64,000 bases of DNA from positions 55,180,001 to 55,244,000 of the forward strand of contig NC_043008.1 of NCBI RefSeq assembly GCF_006345805.1. The letters are read 5' to 3'. Source of the stretch: Octopus sinensis (Eukaryota). The notes beneath the pieces were generated by a model, which did no database searches, was not told where the DNA came from, and worked only from the letters and a program-made list of their open reading frames with translations. Shown here piece after piece: positions 51,301-64,000 of the stretch. Position 1 is the first letter of the stretch, and every line of letters begins with the position of its first letter. The position numbers and the translations under genes are program-made.

Positions 51301-51419
51301 CCTTTTTCTTTTCTTTCCTTTCCTGAGTGTCCAATGACACAGTACTTGTTCCATGTCCTCGCGTTATTGTTTCTTCTTGCTTGTTCTTGTTTGGATTGAC
51401 TACATACATCTGTATATAC

Positions 51420-51645
51420 TTATGTGTGTGTGTGTGCTTATGCATATGTGTGTGTGTGTGTGCTTATGCATATATGTGTTTGTGTGTGTGTGTGTGTGTA
51501 TGTGTGTGTGCTTATGCATGTTTGTGTTTGTGCATATGCATGTGTGTGCATGTGCTTATGCATATGTGTGCTTATGCATATGTGTGCGTGTGCTTATGCA
51601 TATGTGTGTGTGTGTTTGTGCATATGCATGTGTGTGTATGTGCAT
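51420..51645. repeat. TG-rich microsatellite with recurring GTGCTTATGCATAT units
   Basis: Direct inspection. Confidence 0.85.
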
Positions 51646-52410
51646 AGTTAAAAGTGCCTGTAAGCAAGCCATTGTCCTGACTTGCATTTCCTCATTTAGA
51701 TCCGGTTCAAACCGTCATTGAAAGCTACAAATAAAATGAATATGGAAATGGCATAAACATTCTCAAACTGCCCTACCCGCATCCCACCCCCATTTCATTT
51801 CCAATCTTTCTTTTGGATTTTGTGGTAAGATGACACTCTATTGAAAGCAAACACTGAGGCCAATCAGTATGAACTTGAGATGTTGTACTCCCTCCCGATT
51901 TCACTCCAACAAGCTGACCTCATTTCACCCACCTCGCTTTGTGCAGCACTATTAAGGCCACTGAGGAAAAAAAACCACGTTAAGTCACAAATGAAGTCAG
52001 TTTTCTTGCACATTATGAAGCTTTATGGATTGTACTACTAATCATTATATTGATAAAAACATCAGCAAGATATCTTAAGGATGGTTAGACAGACAGATAG
52101 ATTGTTTATCTTACTGATCTATATCTTCTTACAAATATTTACTAATACTTTTTATGAGCTGTGCTTTTCTTTCATGTTATTTTTCAAGTAAGACATTTTT
52201 TTATTGTCAGTTTCCCATACTGAAATCACCAAGCTACTAGGATATATTTTTACAAGAGATATCAATATCACCACTATTCAGTCGATGTCGGTGTGAAGAC
52301 ATAGAAAAAGAATCATACACACTGGTTACAGTTCACTTCTTTATGATAATTACTCCTTTAATTACTGATTACTTTGCTTGCTTTGTGAAATTTTTTTTAT
52401 CGCATGCCCA

Positions 52411-52448
<38 letters not shown>

Positions 52449-53813
52449 ACACACACACACACATACACACATGTGGACCTTTACTGACTTTCATTCTGCA
52501 ACTTATTTTCTTCTCATCTTTGTTATTTGTATGTTGTTAAGTGTGCATGTGTGCATGTCTGTCAGCATTGCTGTGTGTCTTTGAATAGCAAATATCCCAA
52601 AATTTTGAAAATTAATACAAAATGACCTTTGCTCTGCCACCTGGATCACTACTTTCAGCTATGGTCACCAAATAGTGCCAAACTAAGCTCAGAGTTTGAA
52701 GCGGTCCAATATTACTACACTAAAAATATTGCATCATTGCAGCAGATGAACCACTGGGAGAAGCTGAAAAAAACTATGACTTTGCTCCCTGAAGCAAAGA
52801 TGCAAGAAATATGTAATAATTTACATATAGAAAATTCTGGAAGGGCTAGTACCTAATTTTGGCATTGAGTGTTATACAAATACTGAAACTGGATACCATT
52901 GCATTGTACCAAGGGTACCTTCCACCCCATTTAATGACAGGACCAAACACTGCAGTAGCTTAGAGTTCAAAGGCCTGCAGCTCTGTAATTGTCTGTCAAA
53001 ATAATTAAACCTCCACAATGTGGATGTAGATGTTTTTGTAAAAGTAACTGGACATTCTTCGATCCTCTATACCAGGTGAGCTATTGGCTCATCTGGTTCA
53101 GACAAGGACAGCAGTGTCAAATTCCCTCATACTTCAAATAGGCCAACAACCAGGATCAAAAGCACATATAGTTGTGGTGATATGACATCACCCACCGCTC
53201 TGAAGAAATTAGCCAAACAACAAAGATGTGGCAAAGATACAAGACCACAGCGGGTGTTCCAGCATGACTGCTGCTATATGGCTAAAACAAATAAAAAAAA
53301 TAAATTCTACAAAGAGATACTTGCTTAACATAGAACTGGCAACATTCATATTAACAGAGCATCAGTAATATATAAAATTGAGGAAACAAGTAAAATCTAG
53401 GTGATCACCTCAGTAGCACTTCATGCAAGAAGCTGGCTAGCAAAGTGTTTGAATAACAGTGTAAAGGTTACGTCTTTTGATAAACCAAAGAATGATTGAT
53501 GATACTTCAGTCAATTATCAAAGGAATTGTTTGCCTATCCAAGGCATGTTTATCAAATAGATAAGGTATAACCTCAAAGAGTAAATAACCATATTGTTTT
53601 ATATATATGTGTGTGCATGTGTTTGTGTGTGTGTATATGTATATACGGTGGTGATAGAGCCTTGAACAGAGTTTCTCACTCGAAGGGAGCTAGTTAGCAA
53701 ATGGTTTGTGAGACCCATACAATCTGTGTACAAGTGTGCTGTCTGCAAGATGAGAGTTTCCAAGTACAACAATGAATTTAGTGTACAGGGCTCAATACTC
53801 AACTGCCTCAATT

Positions 53814-54210
53814 GAGGGTGGTGAGCTGACAGAATTGTTAGCACACTGGGCGAAATGCTTAGCGGTATTTTGTCTGCTGTTGACTTTGTCGACCTTGCTT
53901 TCATCCTTTCGGGGTTGATAAATTAAATACCAGTTACGCACTGGGGTCGATGTAATTGACTTAATCCGTTTGTCTGTCCTTGTTTGTCCTCTCTGTGTTT
54001 AGCCCCTTATGGGTAGTAAAGAAACAGGCATTTCGTCTGCTGTTACATTATCAGTTCAAATTCCATCAAAGTCGACTTTGCCTTTCATCCTTTCGGAGTC
54101 AATTAAATAAGTACCAGCTATGCACTGGGGTCGATGTAATCAACTTATACCTTTGTCTGTTCTTGTTTGTCCCTTCTATGTTTAGCCCTCTGTGGGCATT
54201 AAAGAAATAA
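53814..54210 (+). mobile_element. Two tandem SINE-N copies
   Basis: First has an internal deletion. Second is 5' truncated from ~54028. Confidence 0.82.
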
Positions 54211-55674
54211 ATACTCAATTGACTTCTACTCATCATAGTCCTCTAGGCCAAAACAGAAGAGTTTATGACAGGATGCCTATGAAAACTCCTGTATGCTCAA
54301 GGACTTGTTCTTGTAGCTGAATCTGTCGCAGGATTAGAGAATTCCAGATGCAGAAGCAAATCCTGGAATGAAAGGATCTCAAAATTAACTTATAAATAGT
54401 TATGGGTAATATTAAGTAACAGACATGAAAGAAATGACTTGTTATTTATGTAGAAAAGGAGTCAGTAGAAATTTGATACAATATACCCAGCTGTAGAAAC
54501 ATACCAAAGTGAGAGATGGCCCTCTGACCTATTAGATCCTGTTGAAACATCCAACCTGTTCTAGCATGGAAAACTGACACAAAAATGATGATGAAACTTT
54601 CAGATAGTTTCAACAGGAATAAGCCATTAAGCAAAACTTAGAAGTCCTAGTCAACCTGAAGTGGACAATAAATTTGACTTTACTGACAGCATTAAGTTCC
54701 ACCTCAATAAGTGTTCTGTTGTCATTCTTCAACTAGCTTTAAAATAATGTGGCTGTTTGGTTAAGAAGCTTGCTTCCCAACCATGTGGTCTCAGGTTCAG
54801 TCCTGCTGCATAGCACTTTGGGCATGTTTCTTCTACTGCAGCCCCAGGGGCGACCAAAGTCTTACATGTGGATTTAATATATAGAAACAGAAAGCTCATT
54901 ATCTGTGTTTGTGTGTGGCTTCAAATTTTGAAACAAGACCACCAAGTTTGAGAGATGGAGTAAGTCAATTACATTGACCTCGATGCTCAACTGGTACTTA
55001 TTCTGCCAGCTTTGCTGCCTTAATAATAATAGTGATAATAATAGTATTTCCACAACCACGTAGAGCTAATAAAGCAGGTTCTTCATAGTATATTGATTTC
55101 TTGAATTTGACATATTGATTTCTATCTTCCTCTGTACAAATGAGAATCTGTGATTTGGGGCAGATAGCTTTGAAATAAAGGGTAAATCAATTCTTAACAG
55201 CATTTATGGTGATAAAGAGGACAATGATGGTGATTAATAGTCATGATATTAATTTTGATGTATTCATATAAAATATAATGAAATGATGGAATTGAATTAA
55301 AAAAATTACGATCCCTTGCATGATTTGATGAGTAATTTTCAAACCACTAAAGACATTTCAATTAGGCTAGAATATGGTTTTTTGGTTTGGTTTTGTCTTT
55401 TACCTCCTAAAAAATGGCCCCATCTTTATGGTGATTGAATGTTCTTCGTTTAACATTAAACTGAAATCAATGCTTTTGCAATTTTTGTTACTGTTGTTGT
55501 TTCATCTTTAGTCAGCCCTCATCAAGTAAAACTCATGGTCAATTATAATCCAGCCATCCATGATTGTCCTGGTTTATTTTTAGATTTTTTTCTGTCAAAT
55601 GTAATGTGTCTAGGGCTATATTATCAAATGTGTCAAGTTTTTATTATTATTATTATTTTTTTTTAATAGTAAAC

Positions 55675-56020
55675 GTGGCTGTGTTTCGCAGCCACATGCA
55701 AAGTGGACTTTGGAGTTCAGTTCCACTGCCTGGTACATTGAGCAAATGCATTCTACTATAGGTTGCCCAATGTGAGTGAATTTCATAAATGGAAACTGTG
55801 CTGAAGCTTGTTGTATATGTGTGTGTATCTGTGTCCCACCACCACTTGATAACTGGTGTTGGTTAGTTTATGTCCCCATAACAGGTCAGCAAAAGAGACA
55901 GTAACATACATAAGCATCAGACTTTAAAATAAATACTGGGAATTTGTTCATCTAAACCCTTTAAGGTAGTTCCCCAGCAAGGCCACAATCCAATGATTGA
56001 AACAAGTAAAAGAGACAAAA
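55675..56020 (+). mobile_element. SINE-A, diverged
   Basis: Head gtggctgtgt, tail atgattgaaacaagtaaaag. Confidence 0.7.
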
Positions 56021-56197
56021 GAGAGTCTCATGTCTCTAGGATTATATTATCAAATGTATTGAGTTTCTATTTTGTATTTTCTTAAAAAGTAGGCTGTATT
56101 TTGAAGGTTGTTTGGTTGCTAAATCTAGCATGATAGTTGACTGCTCTCTTTTTGCCTCATAACATTGTCACCAGATTTTAAGGTGACAGTCAGATAA

Positions 56198-56426
56198 GTC
56201 AATCCTTTTGTTACCATATTTCTACTGAAATTCACTGCTTTTGTTTCAAGTTATTTTGAAAATAATGAAGAATTTACCAAATTAACTTTTGCCATTATGA
56301 AACTGGTATTTGGTGTAAATTAACATGAAATTTTAATGGAAATTTTAATCGAGGTCACTTTAAGACAAGAAGTTTGTATCCTAGAATCAGGAACAGTCTG
56401 AGGCAGGTTAGTATTGAAAGGGTTAA
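56198..56426. mobile_element. TTAA-type MITE
   Basis: Ends gaaagggTTAA. Homolog of 17636-17856. Confidence 0.6.
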
Positions 56427-59400
56427 CTACTATATGACCAACTGAGAAATGGGTAGTATGTACCCTAATATTGGGACCATGTTATGTATGGCTATTGATA
56501 AGACATACAGCTCTCATAGCTCCCAATCTTTTAATCCATTTTGTCAATGTTTTCCAGCATGCCTCATGTTCTAATATCTTAAGGTATCTGTCTGCCTGCC
56601 TTGTGGACATTGTCTTAAACTAATGATGCAATTTAGCTAACAAACAGCATTGTTTTCAAAGACTTTGTAAGTTCAAAGACTGGTATTGTGGAAATACAAC
56701 CACTATATACTCGTTTTGGGAATGCTCTTGAAACATAAAACTAAAACTAAAACCACTTTGACTGTTTTTACTAATCGCTTTTATGAATGTCCTAAAAATA
56801 TAAAATATTTTATCACATCATATTAAATTATCTTTATTTACAATTGCTCTAAACTGATATGTGCCTCCATTAGTTGTTTTAAATTCGATATGTTTGTTCA
56901 CTTGATTTCCTCTTACGTCTATTTACATATTGCTTATCATATTACTCATAAATTTCAAATGCTTTACAAATTCAGTATTTTTTTTTTATGTGATCTGTTT
57001 TATCGACTGATATATAATAAAATGTTTTGTGTGCACTTTCTTATCAGATATGGTGGGAATGATCCTAGCAGTGATTGCTTAAATAAGCAACTATTGCAAG
57101 CATCACCATCATCATTATCATCCTCATCTTCCTCGTATTTGTCACACTATGGCCATATCATGTTAAAAACATGGTTCTCATCTGATCTTGAAAAGTCCTA
57201 TAAACATTGGTTCCTTAAGTAAATAACTACAACATAAATCTGACCTGAATCAGAATAGTAAAGTTTAACCCTTGACATTTATTTCATTCAAATTATTTAT
57301 TTATGAACATTAGGGAAGTATTTTTTTCATTTCTTCTCCCAGTGAATATTTAAAGAATTTGTGGAATTTGTTGTTTTAGAGTTGGATGAATCTGAAAATT
57401 TGAGAATTATCTTTTTTTATTTTTCCTTTTTAAATTTTCTGTTTGTGTGTTTTGTTTGACATAATTTTTGTTTTCCACTGCTCAGTATTTCTCTGCAGAG
57501 ACTAGATTCAGTGAAATAAAGACATAAAGATGTATTAGTTTTAGCCTGGAGCCATGATGCTGTCATTTTATAATGCATCGCTTGGTACAAAAGTTATATT
57601 GCTGCTAGTTAGTGGCATACTCCATTATGATAACCATCTGACACCTATCAATACTTACTGCGGTTTACTGGGCAAAAATAACTATTCCACTCAGGCTAGT
57701 TTGGTTAGAAAAATAAAATGAGTAAACCAAGAAACAATATCTGCTAAAAACTTGGTGTTGGTACCGTCAGCTGACTCTGCCTTCAACTGCAGATGTCTTC
57801 ACAAAATCTTGACTGTCAAATGGAGACTTCATTTGAAAGGATTTTGTAAGAAAGTGGACCAAACACTAACTAGCAATAACCAAGCAGTGACCAAGCAATA
57901 ATCAGCAATAACCAAGCAATAGCTAGGGATACCTAATCAATTACTAAGCAATAATAGAAATAAGCAGTGAATAACTAGTAATAATTAGGCAATGACCAAA
58001 TAATAATCTGTAGTAACCAGCAGAGAAAAATAATGAAGATGTATAGATTTATGCAGCAAAATAGAAACAGGGTCATTTATAAGATGTAAAATTCCTAAGG
58101 ATCTTGCAAGTCTGTGAATATAATGAATATAAACAAATTCTTGATTTATATTTATCATCCTTCATTTTATCAACAAACCAGCCTTGTGTATCTTTCAAAA
58201 TATTATCTGTCATAGTTTTGTACCCTTTTTTCATACTCATTCAAGTAAAAATTGGTCATCTGTCTGATACATTTATATATATATTATTTTTCTAAATTTG
58301 GATCTTTTGTTTATCCAGTTCTTCCTAATTGTTGGTTCTTAATTAATTCTTTAGTCTTAATTGTGGTGATTGTTGTAATACAATAAATAGTCAAGTCCAT
58401 AACTTGGCTTTGATCCACACTAGTAGCTATTTCATTTTACTTATATTGTTAAGGTTCCTGAGAAAGGCATAAACATCACACAATCTCCTATTCATCCAGC
58501 ATAAATTTCACTTAAGGTGGTGAATTGGCTGAGGTGTTAAAGCAGAGGATAAAGTGTTTTCTGGTATTTGTTCAGTTCTTGGTGTTCTGAGTTCTAGCCC
58601 TGCCAATGCTAGCTTTGCCTTTCAGGGTCAATAAAATAAAATATCAGTCCAAGGTACTGTAGTGGTGAAATTGTTAGAATGTCAAATAAAATTTGTAGTA
58701 TTTGTTCCAGGTTTACGCATTTTGAGTTCTTGGGGTATAAGAGTGAATCTCTTTCCTAGTTTAGCTCACTTCCACCTGGTCCTTGGGTGCCTCTAGTGGA
58801 GTTGAGTGTGTTGCAAGCATTCAGGCTGAGTTTCCAGTTGCAAGATAACTTCTTCCTTTTCTCCTGTCAGTCTTCAGAGACTATGAAAAGGTAAGAGGTC
58901 ATGCATACTGCCCTTTCATCTACCTGTTTTATGTTCAAACCATCCAGATCCAGTCTTTCATACCTTTCCTGCAATGTTATTCTAAAAAAATTAACTATCA
59001 CCTCATCGAAATCTCAAAGTTATGAGATAATACATGATTAGTTTAAAACATGTGAATAAATAAGCATAAGATTTGACAGAGTATTCTGAATGCTAAAAGG
59101 TTAGAGATCAGTTATAGACTGATTCTGATTGAGGGTAGTGCAGCCTGGTCTTGCAAAATTTGTACTTTAGCTTTCAGGGAAAAGATAACTACAGATAATT
59201 GAATTCATTGGATATTGAATTCCCAGTCAAGCAGTTGATGGTTCATATCTTCCTATTTGGACTACGATATATGCATTTCAAAGTCGTGTAACATCTCTCT
59301 ACTTAACTATAAATAGCTTCTATATGCTAGTTTGTTGTTTCGCCTGTGGTGAAATCTATCAAATATTCCTGTAACCCAAGACATCCCAACTTTTGGCTTT

Positions 59401-59464
59401 TTTATTCTTGTTTTTTGTTTATTTTTTCCCCCCAATTTTAGCTGTAGTGTCTCTAGGATTATAT

Positions 59465-59706
59465 ATTATCCAAGGGCGGCGAGCTGGCAGAAACGTTAGC
59501 ACGCCAGGCGAAATGCATAGCCGTATTTCGTCTGCTGCTACGTTCTGGGTTCAAACTCCACCGAGGTCGACTTTGCCTTTCATCCTTTCGGGGTCGATAA
59601 ATTAAGTACCAGTTATGCACTGGGGTCAATGTAATCGACTTAATCCGTTTGTCTATCCTTGTTTGTCCCCCTCTGTGTTTAGCCCCTTGTGGGTAGTAAA
59701 GAAATA
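59465..59706 (+). mobile_element. SINE-N, young full-length copy
   Basis: Near-consensus. Flanked by atatattatccaa on both sides (~59460-59472 and ~59710-59722), a probable TSD. Confidence 0.92.
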
Positions 59707-61319
59707 GATATATATTATCCAATGTGTCTCTAGGACTCTATCATCTTGTCCTGTGTGTCTCTTATTTTGAGTGTGGTTTGAGAAAGATTTGGTTACTATT
59801 TCTAAAAGAGTGACTTACCATGTAAAGGAGTGTCTTACTGGCTCATCTATAGGGCAGCAGATTTCAATGCTGTAAACTGCACCAACACTGTACAATTGGC
59901 AGGACTTCTTTTCATAAGGGCTCAATACCTAGCTCAGTTCCTTTTTTCAGATAAGGCATAGAGAAGGACAGTTCAGTAAAGCTGGCTTGCTCTTAGATAA
60001 ATTGCATGAAGATAAAGTTTTCTGTAATTTCATGGGTCCCTTGAGGTCCCTTTATTTCACTTGCAGAATGTCTTTGAGTGATGAATGTCTCAGCATCTGG
60101 TTTTGTTTCTGCTATAGATCTAAGTGAGATCATGTGATTATGTAATTGGTGTTTAATTATCGTTACCGTAAAATCCATTTGGCCTGATTCGTTGTACTTG
60201 ACAAATAGGACCAACCTGCTGCAATGTTAATTTATTACACAACTTCTGCAGGAGTGATTACATACAAAGTTTATCTATTGTTTTCTTTAATTTCATTTAT
60301 TCATTACTGTTTTTTTATTATTAATTAGTTTCTTGCTTGCTTCCTTTTGTGCTTCTCTTTTCTTTTTTTTTCCTTTTCCTTTTCTTTTTTACTTTTGTTT
60401 TGTGTTTTCTTTTTTCTTTTTTTTTTTCTTTATTGTAACACATACAATTCTACATTTGTCAGCTCTCGTTGAACCGTGAAACAAGAACTTCAGATATGCT
60501 GAGAAAATACCTCAGCATAGCAAAGGCTTTAAACATGGTATTCTTAAAGCTTCAATTTTCCTCAAACTCTTTCCCTACCCCCGTCTTTTATTCATCAATT
60601 TTTAACCTCCTACTCGTCATCTTCGTCCAATTCTTCTTCTCTTCTTCTTACTCTGACAACCGTTCATCGCATCATGATCTTATTCTCTTGTTCATGTCAA
60701 TATCTATCACTAGAATATCTCGGTATGGCTAGCTCGCATGCATGGCTTTCATAATCTCTTCTCCTTATCATTATTTTGCAGCTATTCTTTAAACTCCAAT
60801 GGGGTTTTCCTCAAATTCCTCTATCAATTTTCTTTTTTCTTTTTTGCTATGTCTTCCATCTACATTTCCTCTTCCTCCTCTTCTTGACACTTCTTCCTCC
60901 GCTATTGCATTCTTTTTGTAATCATGTTCGTGTCAATGTCTCTACCTAGAAAAATTTGGCTATGGCTAGCTTCCTAACATGGTCTTCATCAGCTTCTATT
61001 TCTACAGCTTGCTTGTTCTCTGTTTCATTTCATTGAAGCAAACTCTCGTTTTTATTCCTTTTATTCTTTTTTTCCCTTTTTTTTTAACCTCCTTATCTTC
61101 TTGTTTGTTCATTACTTTTTTTAGCAAACTATTTAATTGCTGCCAAAACCAGAGTGCCATTTTTTTTTCTAAATATATTGGTATATTTCTGTGATGAATT
61201 TAAACTATGATATATATATATATCTTCAGGCTCTTTTTTTTTTTTGCTATTCGCTTTTCATCGTATTAAAACTTCCCAAGTCACATACTAATATCTTTAT
61301 TCTTTAATAACACCACTTC

Positions 61320-61699
61320 TCCCTCTCTCACTTTCTGTCTCTCTGTCTGTCTCTCTCTCTCTCTCTCACTCTCTCTCTCTCATTAAAATTTCTGTTAAAT
61401 TTTGTTTTCCCTTTTCCTTCTACCTTGCTTTTCCATCTTTACACACATTTTTTCTTAGGTTTCCTTGTCTCTGTCTCCCCCCCTCTCTCTTTCTCTCTCT
61501 CTCGATAAATTTCTCAGATTTTATGTTTTCCTTTTATTTTTTCTTCTACCTTTCTTTTCCTCTTTCTTTTTCATCTTTACACACATTTTTTCTTTGGCTT
61601 CTCTGTCTGTCTCCTCTCTCTCTCTCTCTCTTTCACATACACACACACTCTCTTTCTCTTTCTCCCTTATTTTCTCCTTCTTGATTTTCTCACTCCATT

Positions 61700-61737
<38 letters not shown>

Positions 61738-61740
61738 ACA
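61320..61740. repeat. (CT)n-rich low-complexity region
   Basis: Direct inspection. Confidence 0.85.
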
Positions 61741-62200
61741 CACTTTCTTCTTTTTTCTCATTTACCAGTCTCCATTTCGACCTATTTTTTCCTCATTAAA
61801 TATTTTATCAATTTTCTTTCTCAATTCTACAAATAGTGCTCCACACTTACAAAAACCCCACCACCACCACCACCACTACTAACCATTGCACTCCTTTATT
61901 ACTGTTACTTTATTCACCTTTGCTCTTGAATCTATATGCCCATCCCCATCTAACTGCATTCAAACCTTTTGCTTCTCTTCCTCCCCACCACTGTTACCTT
62001 TAAGCAGGGCATGCATGCATACACTCAGATACAGACTTCACAATTAGCACGCAAACAAAATTCATCAATATGCAAGAAATTTAATAATTTCTAATAAAGA
62101 CACATGGAAGGTCAGGAAGTGGAGTGTCTATCTTTAAAGAATTGGATAGAATTTTCTTTTTCTTTTTGTTATTTTTTCGTTCTTTTAAGCCCTATAGGCA

Positions 62201-62885
62201 CAGGTATGGCTGTGTGGTAAGCTGGCAGAAACGTTAGTACGCCAGGCGAAATGCTTAGCAGTATTTCGTCTGCCGCTACGTTCTGAGTTCAAATTCTGCC
62301 GAGGTCAACTTTGCCTTTCATCCTTTCAGGTCGATAAATTTAGTACCAATTACACACTGGGGTTGATGTAATTGACTTAATCCCCTTGTCTCTCCTTGTT
62401 TGTCCCCTCTATGTTTAGCCCCTTGTGGGCAATAAAAAAATAAGAAGCTTGCTTCCCAACTACATGGTTCCGGGTTCAGTTCCATTGCATGTCACCTTGA
62501 TAAGATATATTTTATCAGGCTAATAGTTTCCCGTGTATATAAGTCTGACTTCACAATTAGCACACAAGCAAGATTCTACTATAGCCTAAGGTTGACCAAA
62601 GTCTTGTGAGTAGATTCAGAAGACTGAAAGAAATCCATTGTATATATATCTATATAGATATGTATTTATATTTGTGTGTGTGTTGTCATGCCCCACCATG
62701 GATTGACAACTGATGTTGGTATGTTTGCATCCCCATAACCTGCAGTTCGGCAAAAGAGACCAATACAATAAGTACCAGGCTTACAAAGAATAACTCCTGG
62801 GTCAATTTGTTCAACTAAAACCCTATAAGGTGGTGCTCCAGCATGGCTGCTGACAAATACTTGAACCAAGTAAAAGAATAAAAGA
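62201..62885 (+). mobile_element. SINE-A with a SINE-N (~62219-62443) inserted into its tRNA head
   Basis: gtatggctgtgtggtaagct|SINE-N|aagaagcttgcttcccaac. AGCT microhomology at the 5' junction. Confidence 0.8.
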
Positions 62886-63111
62886 ATATTCTCTATGGAG
62901 CATAGGCCATTGACGACTTTTCTCCACAGTTCTTGACTCTGTTTCTCTTGAATTGGATCCCTCCTCCTTCAAGTCTTGCCTCAGTATCCCACCTCCAGTA
63001 CTCTTGAATGCACGATATCTACAAAACAACCAGTCTGTCTCTATTGAAATTATCTCTGATCATACATCTACACAATTTACTATTGCTACTACTACTACTA
63101 TTACTATAACT

Positions 63112-63420
63112 TAATATCAGTAAGTACGTTTATATATTTATTGTGCAAGATTTTTTATGTGAAGTCGTGTGTTAAAACAGATATTGTTATATTTCGGAAT
63201 GGTCATTTTGCCAGTTTAGCCAATAAAAACACACGCACTATATATTTGGTGTTATTTTGCTTCAGTGTTATTTATTTTTTACAAAGAACTCTGGCCGAAA
63301 TAAGATGTAAAAAATAAATAACACTGAAGCAAAATAACACCAAATATATAGTGCGTGTGTTTTTATTGGCTAAACTGGCAAAATGACCATTCCGAAATAT
63401 AACAATATTAATATCAGTAA
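63112..63420 (-). mobile_element. Fold-back insertion with perfect 103-bp inverted arms and 12-bp direct repeats
   Basis: Arms 63181-63283 and 63306-63408, 22-bp spacer, 57-bp unique tail 63124-63180, direct repeat TAATATCAGTAA at 63112-63123 and 63409-63420. Strand is inferred by analogy with 17143-17317. Confidence 0.75.
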
Positions 63421-64000
63421 AATATCAATATAAAAATGGTTGGAAATATGATTAAGGAGAATTTTAAATTGTTAAATAGCTTGGTCAGAAAAATAAGATC
63501 CTACTCCCATCCTCTATTTTCTTTCTTTCTTATGAAGAAGAAAGGATTTATATTATTATTATTTTTTTTCATTGGCAGTTGGGGAAGCGGGAAGGGTGGT
63601 GGGGGTGGTATGTTGCCTTGGCCTTTTGTCCCCGCTGTCTGCTTCTTTGCATCGCATCATAACATAAACTTTGCAGTTTTGACATGTATGCCAAACTGCT
63701 GCTACTAACCAATCCACTGCCACCAGAGAGAGAGAAAGTGAGAGAACTGTTGAGTTATTTTAGTTACTTTTGAAGTTGTCCAAACACACAGAAATGCATT
63801 CTGGGATTCATAGCTGGATTGACAAGACAGAACTTGTCACTTTTCAAAATGTTTCCTTGTAACGTTTTTTTTCTTTTTGCAACTTTCTATTTATTTTCAC
63901 TTTCTAATATTTTTCCGTTCATTTATTCAACATTTTATTAGATATTTTTCTCTCATCGTATCTAATACATTTCAACTTTAGAAATTACTAGCAGTATCGT

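Noticed and set aside
57499-57519. Possible terminal exon RLDSVK* after a strong acceptor (phase-compatible with exon E)
   Set aside because: Only six codons, which cannot be distinguished from chance without transcripts.
60167-60215. Possible minus-strand micro-exon VGPICQVQRIRPNGFYG
   Set aside because: Poor polypyrimidine tract, weak donor (GTAACG), and no partner exons found.

Overview
This is AT-rich, repeat-dense eukaryotic DNA. It is most likely from an octopus or related coleoid cephalopod, an inference from the SINE families, microsatellite load and diverged 28S piece that no database search has confirmed. There is no CRISPR array or prokaryotic system. Most entries in the ORF track are artefacts of microsatellites or of one SINE family. 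Supported content: (1) five small + strand exons (867-916, 4428-4481, 7554-7704, 11281-11363, 31559-31621) that splice in frame into an unidentified coiled-coil protein; (2) dozens of SINE copies from about four families, often nested, tandem or inverted; (3) LINE remnants of the CR1/L2, RTE, R4/Dong-like and L1/Tx1-like types; (4) Penelope-like pieces, including hammerhead ribozyme motifs; (5) mariner elements and TTAA-flanked piggyBac-type MITEs; (6) an RPS2 retrocopy; (7) two minisatellites. The most unusual observations are a fold-back insertion carrying a hammerhead core with a compensatory G3:C8 swap (17143-17317), a second fold-back insertion of the same architecture with perfect 103-bp arms (63112-63420), an RTE LINE with a twin-priming 5' inversion and 11-bp TSD (16363-16860), and a 28S rRNA fragment inside ORF1 of a Tx1/L1-like LINE (45656-45928). 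Boundaries of degraded repeats are approximate.
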